A stretch of DNA of 64,000 bases from a virus (IMGVR_UViG_3300014208_000030:40076-104075), one strand, 5' to 3'; shown: positions 54,968 through 63,718, counted from the first letter of the stretch. Program-made: numbers and translations. Notes: generated from the sequence alone by a model not told the origin.

Positions 54968-55270
54968 ATGAAACTACAGAAAAAACCTAATAGATTCCCA
55001 AAGCAATGGCTTCACTGGGCAAAGTCAGCCGGACTCGAGCCAGAGAACTCAGCCAAGTGGTACAAGCATTGCAGGAACCCATACTTTGTCGGGCATAATA
55101 GAGTCTGGCGAGTGAATATGTTTGGTGTATTTGAATGCAGCTGTCCACTGGAATATTTTGACCGGTGGGCAAACAGCCGCGGCGCAGATAATAACTCGTT
55201 GCCGAGATCGGAAGCAGAGTTTCTAGCCACGGTGGCTAGCCTGATATATAGATCGAGGGACGTAAAATAA
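54968..55270 (+). CDS. Hypothetical protein
   Basis: Codirectional, tight junctions. Confidence 0.55.
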   Translation: MKLQKKPNRFPKQWLHWAKSAGLEPENSAKWYKHCRNPYFVGHNRVWRVNMFGVFECSCPLEYFDRWANSRGADNNSLPRSEAEFLATVASLIYRSRDVK

Positions 55271-55473
55271 TGTCACGCAGAACAGGGAACAAATGGTTCG
55301 TTGGTGTGTGTGGCCTCTGCGGCAAAAAGCACACAAGCCACTCCGGTAAGCTTGATGCCGCAGACGTAGAATATGTAGTGTGCCGAAACACTAATAAGAG
55401 AATGAATGTATCTGGCACTGGTCGGGAAGGTCTCGCCATTGCGTATCCAACCATATGGACACTAGAGGAGTAA
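55270..55473 (+). CDS. Small Zn-binding-like protein
   Basis: C..CGKKH...VVC. Confidence 0.55.
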   Translation: MSRRTGNKWFVGVCGLCGKKHTSHSGKLDAADVEYVVCRNTNKRMNVSGTGREGLAIAYPTIWTLEE

Positions 55474-55477
55474 TATC

Positions 55478-55753
55478 ATGGAATTACCAAGTAACTTTAC
55501 ATTAGAAGAATTATTGGCCTATGGCGATCTATCACCAGCAGTAGAGCGAATAATTAACAACGCAATCGATGAGCGCAGAGACTTCGAGGCAACACAACGA
55601 GACCTCAGCAAGACGCTAGCAGAAATTGAGGAAGTGGTCGATGAGCTGCGTGCTGAGGTAGAATCACTTAAGAGTGATATCGATCGGCTAAAGGCCGAGA
55701 TTGCCGCCAATAAAGACAGATTTGATCCAGATTGGATATATCCAGACGAATAA
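55478..55753 (+). CDS. Acidic coiled-coil protein
   Basis: Heptad pattern; GAGGAG RBS. Confidence 0.6.
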   Translation: MELPSNFTLEELLAYGDLSPAVERIINNAIDERRDFEATQRDLSKTLAEIEEVVDELRAEVESLKSDIDRLKAEIAANKDRFDPDWIYPDE

Positions 55754-55828
55754 AAATTTGACAATACATTAAAATAGTAGTAACCTTTAACTGAACTTAA
55801 ATTTCACCAACCATAGCGAGAGTATATC

Positions 55829-56134
55829 ATGAGCAACGAACAGCAACCAACTACAGTGGTCATTCCTTCTTCACCGGCAGATAGAGCAGAAATCCTGCAA
55901 TTTCTGAACAGTGCATCGGATTCAATGGTCCGCATTGAGGCAGAGCGTGAGCACATCAAAGGCATCTGCGCAGACCTGAAAGAGAAATTTGCAATACCGC
56001 TAACATTTAGCCGCAAAATGATCAAGCTGCACCACGAAAGCAACATGGCAGAAGTTGAGCACCAACACAATGACCTGATTGATTTGTATTCGGCAGTATC
56101 TGGCAACTCAGTAGACGAACCAGCAGCCGAATAA
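55829..56134 (+). CDS. dsbA: dsDNA-binding protein DsbA-like
   Basis: IL..L..ASDSMVRIEAERE.IK.I..DLKEKF...KMIKLHH...LY. Confidence 0.7.
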   Translation: MSNEQQPTTVVIPSSPADRAEILQFLNSASDSMVRIEAEREHIKGICADLKEKFAIPLTFSRKMIKLHHESNMAEVEHQHNDLIDLYSAVSGNSVDEPAAE

Positions 56135-56155
56135 ACATATACAAAAAGGGGATCG

Positions 56156-56416
56156 ATGATCCCCTTTTTCGAGGCAAATGACATGAGATATTGGAAACGG
56201 CACGAACAATTTACCAAGGGATCACCATACACCATTTGGAATTCCGCTACCGGCAACAAGGTAGAGGATTGTGATACAGCAATTGGTGCAGTCATTGTAC
56301 TGAATACGATGAACGATTGGGCAGTTAATCGCTGCAACAAACCGCCAAGATATTATGTCATTGACAATGCAACTGGCGAAAAGGTAATTTTGGAAGGAGA
56401 CAAATATAAGATATGA
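56156..56416 (+). CDS. Hypothetical protein
   Basis: Internal repeat TIWNSATGNKV / VIDNATGEKV. Confidence 0.55.
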   Translation: MIPFFEANDMRYWKRHEQFTKGSPYTIWNSATGNKVEDCDTAIGAVIVLNTMNDWAVNRCNKPPRYYVIDNATGEKVILEGDKYKI

Positions 56417-56537
56417 AAAATGACACAAAGATGACATCTGTAATGACATTAGACCAGCTGACATCTACAGAAACTATCGGCGCAAGAATAATGGCATGCA
56501 TTGTTTGCGTGTTTATTCTGTTACTGGTGGTGCTTTG

Positions 56538-57083
56538 ATGAAAGAGCAATTGAAATTATCTGTGGTGCGGGCACAGCTGAAGTTTCGCATCACTCATGGT
56601 CTGTCTGCATTCAGAATTAAATCGATACTCACCGGAGAGGCTGAGCTTGATTTTGATGTGTTTCTACCATCACTTGGTAAAAACCTTCAACGAGAATTTT
56701 GTTGGACGCTGCTACAAAAGCAGGAACTGATTCTATCGGTGCTCAAAGGCATTCGCCTACAACCAATGGCCGTCATATATCGCGACCACAAGGTATTTGA
56801 GATCATCGATGGTAAACAGCGTTTAGGCGCATGGTTAGAATTTGCCAAAGGCGAATTTCCAATTCGATTTAATGACAATGAATATTATTTTGATGATTTG
56901 GATGCTGAAGCACAGCGTGAATTGCTGCACCATTACATTGTCGCCGATACTGCGTACACATACACCGAACAGCCAGCTGAAATCATCCCAGATTCGGCCA
57001 AAATTGCGTGGTTTTGCACAATAAACTTCGCTGGCACTGTCGTCGATAGAGACCACATGAGAATGCTACAGGGTGGTGTATAG
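56538..57083 (+). CDS. Stand-alone DUF262 (ParB-like, GmrSD N-terminal type) protein
   Basis: LQREFCWT..QKQELI.SVL...EIIDGKQRL; start placed at ATG 56538. Confidence 0.75.
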   Translation: MKEQLKLSVVRAQLKFRITHGLSAFRIKSILTGEAELDFDVFLPSLGKNLQREFCWTLLQKQELILSVLKGIRLQPMAVIYRDHKVFEIIDGKQRLGAWLEFAKGEFPIRFNDNEYYFDDLDAEAQRELLHHYIVADTAYTYTEQPAEIIPDSAKIAWFCTINFAGTVVDRDHMRMLQGGV

Positions 57084-57313
57084 TGGATATAATGACTATT
57101 GTATTTTATGTTGTTCTACTGGAAATCGTTGTCTATACCGTGGTAGTGCCGTGCTGTATTGCTCTGCACTTTACGCCAGACGAGGCACAATTAGCACTCA
57201 ACAGCGATCGAGACCTAGATACATACGCTAAAAAGTATTTGGCTCACGCTATTAATGAGGCACACATACTATGCGTTGGTATGTTTTGTCTGTTCTGGTT
57301 AATTTGCTCTTAA
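57083..57313 (+). CDS. Small membrane protein
   Basis: Hydrophobic N- and C-terminal segments. Confidence 0.5.
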   Translation: MDIMTIVFYVVLLEIVVYTVVVPCCIALHFTPDEAQLALNSDRDLDTYAKKYLAHAINEAHILCVGMFCLFWLICS

Positions 57314-57493
57314 TTAAAAATAAGAAATACGGCAGCATAGGTTTTATTTTTAAATAAGAAATCTGGCTTATATAAGAGTAGAATTTTTTGAGTGGTTTTT
57401 GAGAATGAAAAGGCTTGACTCGAAGATAATATCGAGTAGAATTGATTCCACGGTTTCGATAACCGAACCCAAAAAACCACACCGGAGATTACC

Positions 57494-58108
57494 ATGTCAA
57501 TTTATGATTCTATAGAAACTGAAGGCACAGACCGCGTTTTAATGTTAACGGCAGCATCCGTAAAGCGTGATCCATATGCATTTAAAGATAATACCCACAG
57601 AGCAGATGTAAAATTCAAAATTGCTGGCATCTCGAACGACGACCAGAAACCTAGATGGGTAAATTTAACATCACAGAAACGCCAGCTGTATATTCAGAAC
57701 CTGACTATCAATTTTTGGGAGTCTTCAGAATTCGGCACTGCCGGAAAATTGCTGGGTGGTGATGCATCATTCTATGATGTATATAAAGTAGAATTGTGCG
57801 AGGCCGAGGCAATGACCAAAACGCTCAAAACGATTCAGAGCAAATTAAGAACCGCAGAATTATTACGTGGACACCCACAGACCACAGCAGACTTGATTGC
57901 TCGTTTGTGTTCGGTGTTCGGCATAAAGAGCGTATATATTCCGACAGGCAACACAGGCAATTTAGCATACGATAGCTATAGGATCATGCCCATCGCCGAA
58001 TTCACAAAATGGTGGACAGTGTCTGAACAGTTATTGCTTGCGTCAATGCATGACAAAACAGCATTGACTTTAGATGAATTAGTCGAGCCTTTATTTGAAA
58101 CAAAATAA
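57494..58108 (+). CDS. Early hypothetical protein
   Basis: TTGACT-16-TAGAAT promoter; GGAG RBS. Confidence 0.65.
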   Translation: MSIYDSIETEGTDRVLMLTAASVKRDPYAFKDNTHRADVKFKIAGISNDDQKPRWVNLTSQKRQLYIQNLTINFWESSEFGTAGKLLGGDASFYDVYKVELCEAEAMTKTLKTIQSKLRTAELLRGHPQTTADLIARLCSVFGIKSVYIPTGNTGNLAYDSYRIMPIAEFTKWWTVSEQLLLASMHDKTALTLDELVEPLFETK

Positions 58109-58178
58109 AACTTGACAATGCATTGAGTGCCTGTATGATAAGGCACTCAAACCACAAACCACAACCGGACACGCAACC

Positions 58179-58838
58179 ATGCCAGCATTCAAATTTTCAA
58201 AAGACGGCCACGAAATCCAAGCCTACCCAGAAGAGTTCGATTTTGTGATAGCTCAGGGATTTACATCAACCGAATTGCCACACGATAAGTTAATTGAATT
58301 ATTCGATGCCCATTACGATTCAGATGTTGCAGCAGAATTGCTTCAGCGCGGCATCACATTAGACAAAATACCTTCATTTATCACACCAGCAACATCACTC
58401 AGTGAACTTGATAGTTTGCTGTCTGTCGATTTCGGCGATGTCGAAAAGATGCTAGATGGTGGATTTTCACTGGCTGATGCAATAGATTTAGTTAGCAACA
58501 ATATTATTACATATTCGGAGATTCCGAATTGGCTAAAGAGTCAACCGGCGTGGAAAATTATTGCGTGGGATAAAGTTATCAATGATGATTGCATAGATGA
58601 GCAAATTGCTGAAGCAGCATATGCACTCGATATCGATCCAGAAAAAGTAAAGCAGCAATACATTGGATATTGGCCTGTTCTAGCTCAATTTGCCATATAT
58701 CGAGCCAAGACGCTATATAGTGAAGGCACAGTTAATGCAATGGGAGACTTTGTTAATTGGGAAGCCTATGGCGAAGAGTTAATGCAAGGCACTGGCATAG
58801 AAGAACGGGATGGCTACTACTTCAACACCCGCGCATAG
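58179..58838 (+). CDS. Acidic protein with ArdA-like C-terminal domain
   Basis: QYIGYW....FA...DFVNWEAYGEELM....EE.DGYYF matches the ArdA C-terminal pattern. Confidence 0.6.
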   Translation: MPAFKFSKDGHEIQAYPEEFDFVIAQGFTSTELPHDKLIELFDAHYDSDVAAELLQRGITLDKIPSFITPATSLSELDSLLSVDFGDVEKMLDGGFSLADAIDLVSNNIITYSEIPNWLKSQPAWKIIAWDKVINDDCIDEQIAEAAYALDIDPEKVKQQYIGYWPVLAQFAIYRAKTLYSEGTVNAMGDFVNWEAYGEELMQGTGIEERDGYYFNTRA

Positions 58839-58895
58839 TAATTGCGCGGTATTTTCAACCACGATAGTAAAATAACAACAAAAAGGTACTAAAAT

Positions 58896-59027
58896 ATGAA
58901 CACATGGAATACAAGCGAAACCGATTTTGATGATAATTTCAATTTTGACAGTTTTTCTGAGGATATTAACCGCGGCAGGATACCAGAAGACAACACTAAT
59001 GAAGACTTTGATAACGATGTCTACTAG
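58896..59027 (+). CDS. 43-aa highly acidic peptide
   Basis: MNTWNTSETDFDDNFNFDSFSEDINRGRIPEDNTNEDFDNDVY*; 13 D/E versus 2 R; AAGG RBS. Confidence 0.6.
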   Translation: MNTWNTSETDFDDNFNFDSFSEDINRGRIPEDNTNEDFDNDVY

Positions 59028-59238
59028 CACCGGTCAGTAGTTTTTATTTTGCAGGGTTCTTAAATAAAAATAAGAACTCTGTGAGAAATAAAAGCTTGTA
59101 ATTCACAAAATGCTACTGTAGAATAGTTTCATCGAATAAGGTTACTAGATTTTCTAGAGACCAGATAAAATAAAACTTGCAATACACACAAAGATGCTAT
59201 AACCTAGTATCTAGTTATTTGAATACTGAGGCAGAAAA

Positions 59239-60180
59239 ATGAACACTCTAATTGAAACAGGACGCGGCAAACCCGTAAACGGATTTCGAATGACCAAAGG
59301 TCGTAGGGAGTTGTTAGCTCAGGGATTCAGCATCGAACAGATTTTAGAAAATCAGATGAATGCGAAAGCGATCCCGACCAGCATTGTTGCACCGGCACCA
59401 ATTGCAGAAGATGAAAACTTGACAGATGAAGAAATTCTTGCAAACCAGAATTCATTCTTCAGCATGCTAGAATCAACAGCACTAGGTGTGGCCGCTGGCG
59501 AAGCGAAAGCGATGGTAGTCAGTGGCGGTGCTGGTATCGGTAAGAGCGTGGGCATTGAGCGTGCGGTCGGCGATAACGAAAACACTTGCCACATTAGCGG
59601 CCATGTTACACCGGTCGGTTTGTATCAGGCACTATATGAGTATCGCTGGGCTGGGTGCACAATCGTATTTGACGACACTGACCATGTATTGCACGATGAA
59701 AAAAGCTTAGGCTTACTGAAGCATGCATTGGACATGAAACCAAAGCGTAGAATTGACTGGCGGTCGCATAATGACGTTAAGGACGAAAACGGCGATAACA
59801 TTCCGAAGAGCTTTATCTTTGAAGCATCAGTTATCTTTATCACCAATAAGAACCTGACGGCAGAAATTGCACGGAAAACGAAGCTGAGTCCTCACCTAGA
59901 GGCATTAGTATCGAGGTCGCTATACATGGATGGTTATGCACTTTTCAAGACGCCACGCGATTATTTGATTCGCGTAGACTACTTGAAAGAGGCCATCTTT
60001 AAGGCCGAAGGCATGAATGAAGAAGGTAGACGATTAATCAGCACATTCATTACCGAAAACTTTGCAGAAATGCGAGAATTATCGCTGAGAATGGTAGCAA
60101 AATTATGTTCAGTCTACCGGATTCATGGCGCAGACGAATTCGAAGATGCTGCGAAATTCACGGTAACAAAAAATAAATGA
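59239..60180 (+). CDS. AAA-type P-loop ATPase
   Basis: SGGAGIGKS, IVFDDTD, GLLKHALD, FITN, ALVSR. Confidence 0.8.
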   Translation: MNTLIETGRGKPVNGFRMTKGRRELLAQGFSIEQILENQMNAKAIPTSIVAPAPIAEDENLTDEEILANQNSFFSMLESTALGVAAGEAKAMVVSGGAGIGKSVGIERAVGDNENTCHISGHVTPVGLYQALYEYRWAGCTIVFDDTDHVLHDEKSLGLLKHALDMKPKRRIDWRSHNDVKDENGDNIPKSFIFEASVIFITNKNLTAEIARKTKLSPHLEALVSRSLYMDGYALFKTPRDYLIRVDYLKEAIFKAEGMNEEGRRLISTFITENFAEMRELSLRMVAKLCSVYRIHGADEFEDAAKFTVTKNK

Positions 60181-60247
60181 TTGACGAGCTGAACAGAGTC
60201 TGTATAATTGCAGGCTCTAAACCAAAAACCACAGATCGGAGATAGTA

Positions 60248-60571
60248 ATGGGATTATATGTTAGCTTGACACTAGTAAAAGAAACTGAGATTTATAGCGA
60301 TAATATTACGCATAATCTCACTGAAATGGCGGAAGAGGCTGGTATTTATATGCACCTATGGAGGCCGGAAGAAATCGGTATTGAAAAGGCTTGGGAGTTG
60401 ATCGAGCCGCTTAAAGCTGGTATTGCGCGCCTTAAGTCAGACCCAGAGAGATTTAGAGCGTTTGACTCACCTAATGGCTGGGGACTATATATTCATTTTT
60501 TGCCATTTGTAGAGAGATACCTTGAGCAATGCGAGTATAATCCAGATGCTACGATTAGTGTAAGCAGATAG
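60248..60571 (+). CDS. Hypothetical protein
   Basis: NITHNL..MA..AG...F.SPNGWG motif; own promoter. Confidence 0.7.
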   Translation: MGLYVSLTLVKETEIYSDNITHNLTEMAEEAGIYMHLWRPEEIGIEKAWELIEPLKAGIARLKSDPERFRAFDSPNGWGLYIHFLPFVERYLEQCEYNPDATISVSR

Positions 60572-60606
60572 CAATACAATAAAACCACATCCATAATAAG
60601 AAGAAA

Positions 60607-60813
60607 ATGATAATAATAAACCATATAATTGATGATATGATTAATAGTACGGTCGCAACCAATAGGGCGGATGCCTTATTTTTAATTAAGAAGGAGATCG
60701 AAGAAACCAGCTTATACCAGTTTTCTTGCACTCATGGCTTAATTATCAAGAATTCTGATGAAGATTTTGGCAAAGAGTACAAAAAGACTTGTGAAAGCGA
60801 ATTAATAGCTTGA
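60607..60813 (+). CDS. Hypothetical protein
   Basis: Codirectional ORF. Confidence 0.45.
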   Translation: MIIINHIIDDMINSTVATNRADALFLIKKEIEETSLYQFSCTHGLIIKNSDEDFGKEYKKTCESELIA

Positions 60814-60874
60814 CCACACAATCATTGTCTGTATAATAAGAACCCTACCAACCACAACCACATAGGACAAGAAC

Positions 60875-61162
60875 ATGGAAATTTATCACGGTATTCGAGT
60901 TTCCGCTACAGCATCTCAGGATGAATTTGCAGCTGGAGAATGCATAATCTGTATTCAATCTTTGCGAAATCATTCCGATAAAGTACTTAGCATATATAAT
61001 GCTAAGAGTTGCGAGTCTATAACAAAAACAGCATTAGAATATTTGCATTCTAATGGCTTCAACATCGTTGCGCAATGCGAAGACGGCGACGACCTGATAT
61101 TTATGTCTACCACATTCAAAATAATTGATAGAAGTAGCTTGACAAACTGTGAGCAAGGCTGA
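60875..61162 (+). CDS. Hypothetical protein
   Basis: Own promoter with AACCAC leader. Confidence 0.6.
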   Translation: MEIYHGIRVSATASQDEFAAGECIICIQSLRNHSDKVLSIYNAKSCESITKTALEYLHSNGFNIVAQCEDGDDLIFMSTTFKIIDRSSLTNCEQG

Positions 61163-61219
61163 TATACTTAAACCGTATCAAAAACTACAATCAACCACAC
61201 GTTAAAAGGAACCGCAATC

Positions 61220-61474
61220 ATGAGTAAATGTTGCCCACAAGCCGATCCAAAATTCTTGGCATACATGGAAGCCATGCATAATAATCCGCCAGCACTATTT
61301 AACAAGCATTATGATGAGGCAGCAGACAATAAAAGAAAGGCAATTGCCGCAAAGATTAAAGATGCCTTGGATGCATACCACAAAGAATTAAAGCACGTAC
61401 CAAACGATGAATATTATGATTTAATGGATATTCGCGAGGCAGAATTAAAGAAACAATTCAGTGATACACAATAA
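61220..61474 (+). CDS. Hypothetical protein flanked by direct repeats
   Basis: Leader repeats at 61193-61224 and 61473-61503. Confidence 0.6.
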   Translation: MSKCCPQADPKFLAYMEAMHNNPPALFNKHYDEAADNKRKAIAAKIKDALDAYHKELKHVPNDEYYDLMDIREAELKKQFSDTQ

Positions 61475-61498
61475 CCACACGTTAAAGGAACCGCAATC

Positions 61499-61930
61499 AT
61501 GAGCTTACCAAAAACAATCGAAAAGCTAAACAAGAAAAGAATTTTTGATCTTGTTAATCACGGCACTAGCTGGTTGGTTAATCGTGGGAGATACATAGAA
61601 GACGGTACTTGCATCTGGCAGACTGGTAAGGCAACTATTCGATTTACTGTGTATTATGCTGAATCTGGTGACAAGGTTTTTGATTATACCCAACCCGCTA
61701 ACAGCTTTGATAGAAAGCTTGAAAATTCAGACATTATATACAAGTTGCTGGAAGACTGCTCAGTATTGCACTACGCGGACAGCACAGCATATTACAAAGA
61801 TTTTCCAATAGAAGTGACCACAGAAATGGTGCAGTATTATACGCGATTGGTAGATCAGTCTAAACTATTCTTGGCAATGTTCACGCCAGAAGAAATAGAA
61901 AATTTCAAATCATTAGTACATTTTTCTTAA
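61499..61930 (+). CDS. Hypothetical protein
   Basis: Same leader/RBS as the previous gene. Confidence 0.6.
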   Translation: MSLPKTIEKLNKKRIFDLVNHGTSWLVNRGRYIEDGTCIWQTGKATIRFTVYYAESGDKVFDYTQPANSFDRKLENSDIIYKLLEDCSVLHYADSTAYYKDFPIEVTTEMVQYYTRLVDQSKLFLAMFTPEEIENFKSLVHFS

Positions 61931-61956
61931 TTTTAAATAAAACAGGGAATAATAAG

Positions 61957-62082
61957 ATGAAAGACTTCAGAGCATGCACAAAAAAAGAATTGAGCAAATT
62001 TATTGCCGATTGCAAAAAAACAAGATCGTTTGGTATGTTGTACGATGAAGCAGTCCTTGAAATGAAAACCAGATTCAAATAA
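61957..62082 (+). CDS. 41-aa hypothetical protein
   Basis: Manual translation MKDFRACTKKELSKF... Confidence 0.45.
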   Translation: MKDFRACTKKELSKFIADCKKTRSFGMLYDEAVLEMKTRFK

Positions 62083-62177
62083 AATAAAGCTTGACTGGTT
62101 GGTAGGTATCCGTATAATAACACGCCTACCAACCACAAACAGACCCAGCGTTATTTTCGTAAAATAAGGAATTAAAA

Positions 62178-62735
62178 ATGAAAGCAGTAACTTTAACAAA
62201 TAACAATAATGGGCAGCGCAGAGAATTGGATTTTTACCCAACACCTCCAGAAGTAACTCATTCGCTTATGGGATTTTTAGGGTTATCAAAGGACATTATC
62301 ATATACGAACCTGCATGCGGTGACGGCGCAATGGTAGATGTTCTTGAGTATTAAGGGCATAGAGTTATAGCGACAGACGTTAGACAAACAAGCCGCTGCA
62401 TGAACAGTGTTGATTTCCTTGCTTCCAATATTACCGCTGGGGCAATCATCACAAACCCACCTTTCAACATTTCCGAGGAATTCATCCGTCATGCGCTGAC
62501 GAAAGCGCCGATTGTTGCAATGCTTCTTAAGTCTCAATACTGGCATGCAAAAAAGAGGGTTAAGTTATTTGAAGAATGCCCGCCTGCTTATGTTTTGCCA
62601 CTGTCATGGCGACCAGATTTTTTATTCGACCAACGTAAAGAAGGTGACAAGAAAGCCGCGCCGACAATGGAGGTTGCTTGGACCGTCTGGATTAAAGGCG
62701 ACACTGACACAAAGTACAGGATATTGAGTAAATAA
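62178..62735 (+). pseudogene. N6-adenine DNA methyltransferase with in-frame TAA
   Basis: DFYPTP, EPACGDG (motif I), TAA at 62352-62354, then NPPF (motif IV) in the same frame. Confidence 0.8.
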
Positions 62736-62804
62736 AAGCTTGACTGTCCGATTTAGTTCTATATAATAAGAACCCTACCAGCCACAAACACCGAGGATAC
62801 TAAA

Positions 62805-63131
62805 ATGTTTGCAAACCTTAAAAACGGCATAATCACAGTTAGCAGTTATCGTTTGGTCGAGGCATCCGCAACAACACTAGATGACCTTATTATGTCATAT
62901 AGATTAGAATCGGGCGAGTGCCTGACAGCATCAATCGAAAATACACTCGAAATTTTCAATACAGCAGATGGGTGGATTGCCACATACACTGGAATAACTG
63001 GATCGAATGAATTGGTAATCGGCGAGGAGGCACATAATATTCAATTCGGCGAATCTAAAGACGATTTGATTAACGCTGCTAATGTTTGGGGTGCCGATCT
63101 AGATGACACCAAAGTAATCATAACAGAATAA
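62805..63131 (+). CDS. Acidic hypothetical protein
   Basis: TTGACT-16-TATAAT promoter; GAGG RBS. Confidence 0.6.
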   Translation: MFANLKNGIITVSSYRLVEASATTLDDLIMSYRLESGECLTASIENTLEIFNTADGWIATYTGITGSNELVIGEEAHNIQFGESKDDLINAANVWGADLDDTKVIITE

Positions 63132-63146
63132 AACAAAAATGGGGAT

Positions 63147-63638
63147 GTGACACCACATCCCCATTTTCACATAGGCAAAATTATGTCACGTAAAAAAATT
63201 TATAGTATTTGGAATGCTAGCAGCAACCCGCAAATCAACACACAATACAAAACCCGTGCAGAAAATATTGCGGCATGCAAGAAGATGTCATTAGTGAATA
63301 ATGACACGTACGAAGTAAGGTGTCATGACACTGCAAGTGACACCACTAAAGTTATTATGACATGTCACGCTGGGAGCATCATCCAGAATCGTGCCACATT
63401 GACCTATATGGTGGATGGTGTACTAGCCCAGCAATTTGTTGCTATATCAGAAGAAGACTTGAATACACTGAAGGCCGCACGCAAGCTTATTAATATGGTT
63501 AGCGTATCAATTAATTCGATTGATGTTGCAGTCAAGGTCAATAAGAGTGTGGTATCTATTGTTTCCGTAAATCATAGGGGAATCTACTTTATTAAGTCTG
63601 GCGAATCCGAGTCACTATGGAAAGAGCTGATAATCTAA
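63147..63638 (+). CDS. Hypothetical protein
   Basis: ORF; start may be ATG 63183. Confidence 0.55.
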   Translation: MTPHPHFHIGKIMSRKKIYSIWNASSNPQINTQYKTRAENIAACKKMSLVNNDTYEVRCHDTASDTTKVIMTCHAGSIIQNRATLTYMVDGVLAQQFVAISEEDLNTLKAARKLINMVSVSINSIDVAVKVNKSVVSIVSVNHRGIYFIKSGESESLWKELII

Positions 63639-63718
63639 ACCAAGTCAGTCTAGCAATCATATTGACTGCTTCAGTCAATATGCTAATGCTTCAGGTGCTT
63701 GGTAGAACCCAGCACGGT

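Noticed and set aside
9472-61942. LexA, Fur, dif/Xer or CtrA identity for the TTCTTA-W8-TAAGAA motif
   Set aside because: It does not match CTGT-N8-ACAG, the GATAAT-based Fur box, the 11-6-11 dif site or TTAA-N7-TTAA.
46150-62735. Alternative genetic code or stop-codon reassignment, suggested by internal stops in tnpA and the methylase
   Set aside because: The stops are of different types (TAG, TAA) and occur in accessory genes that also carry deletions or frameshifts. All core genes read through intact under the standard code, and TAG, TAA and TGA all end real genes.
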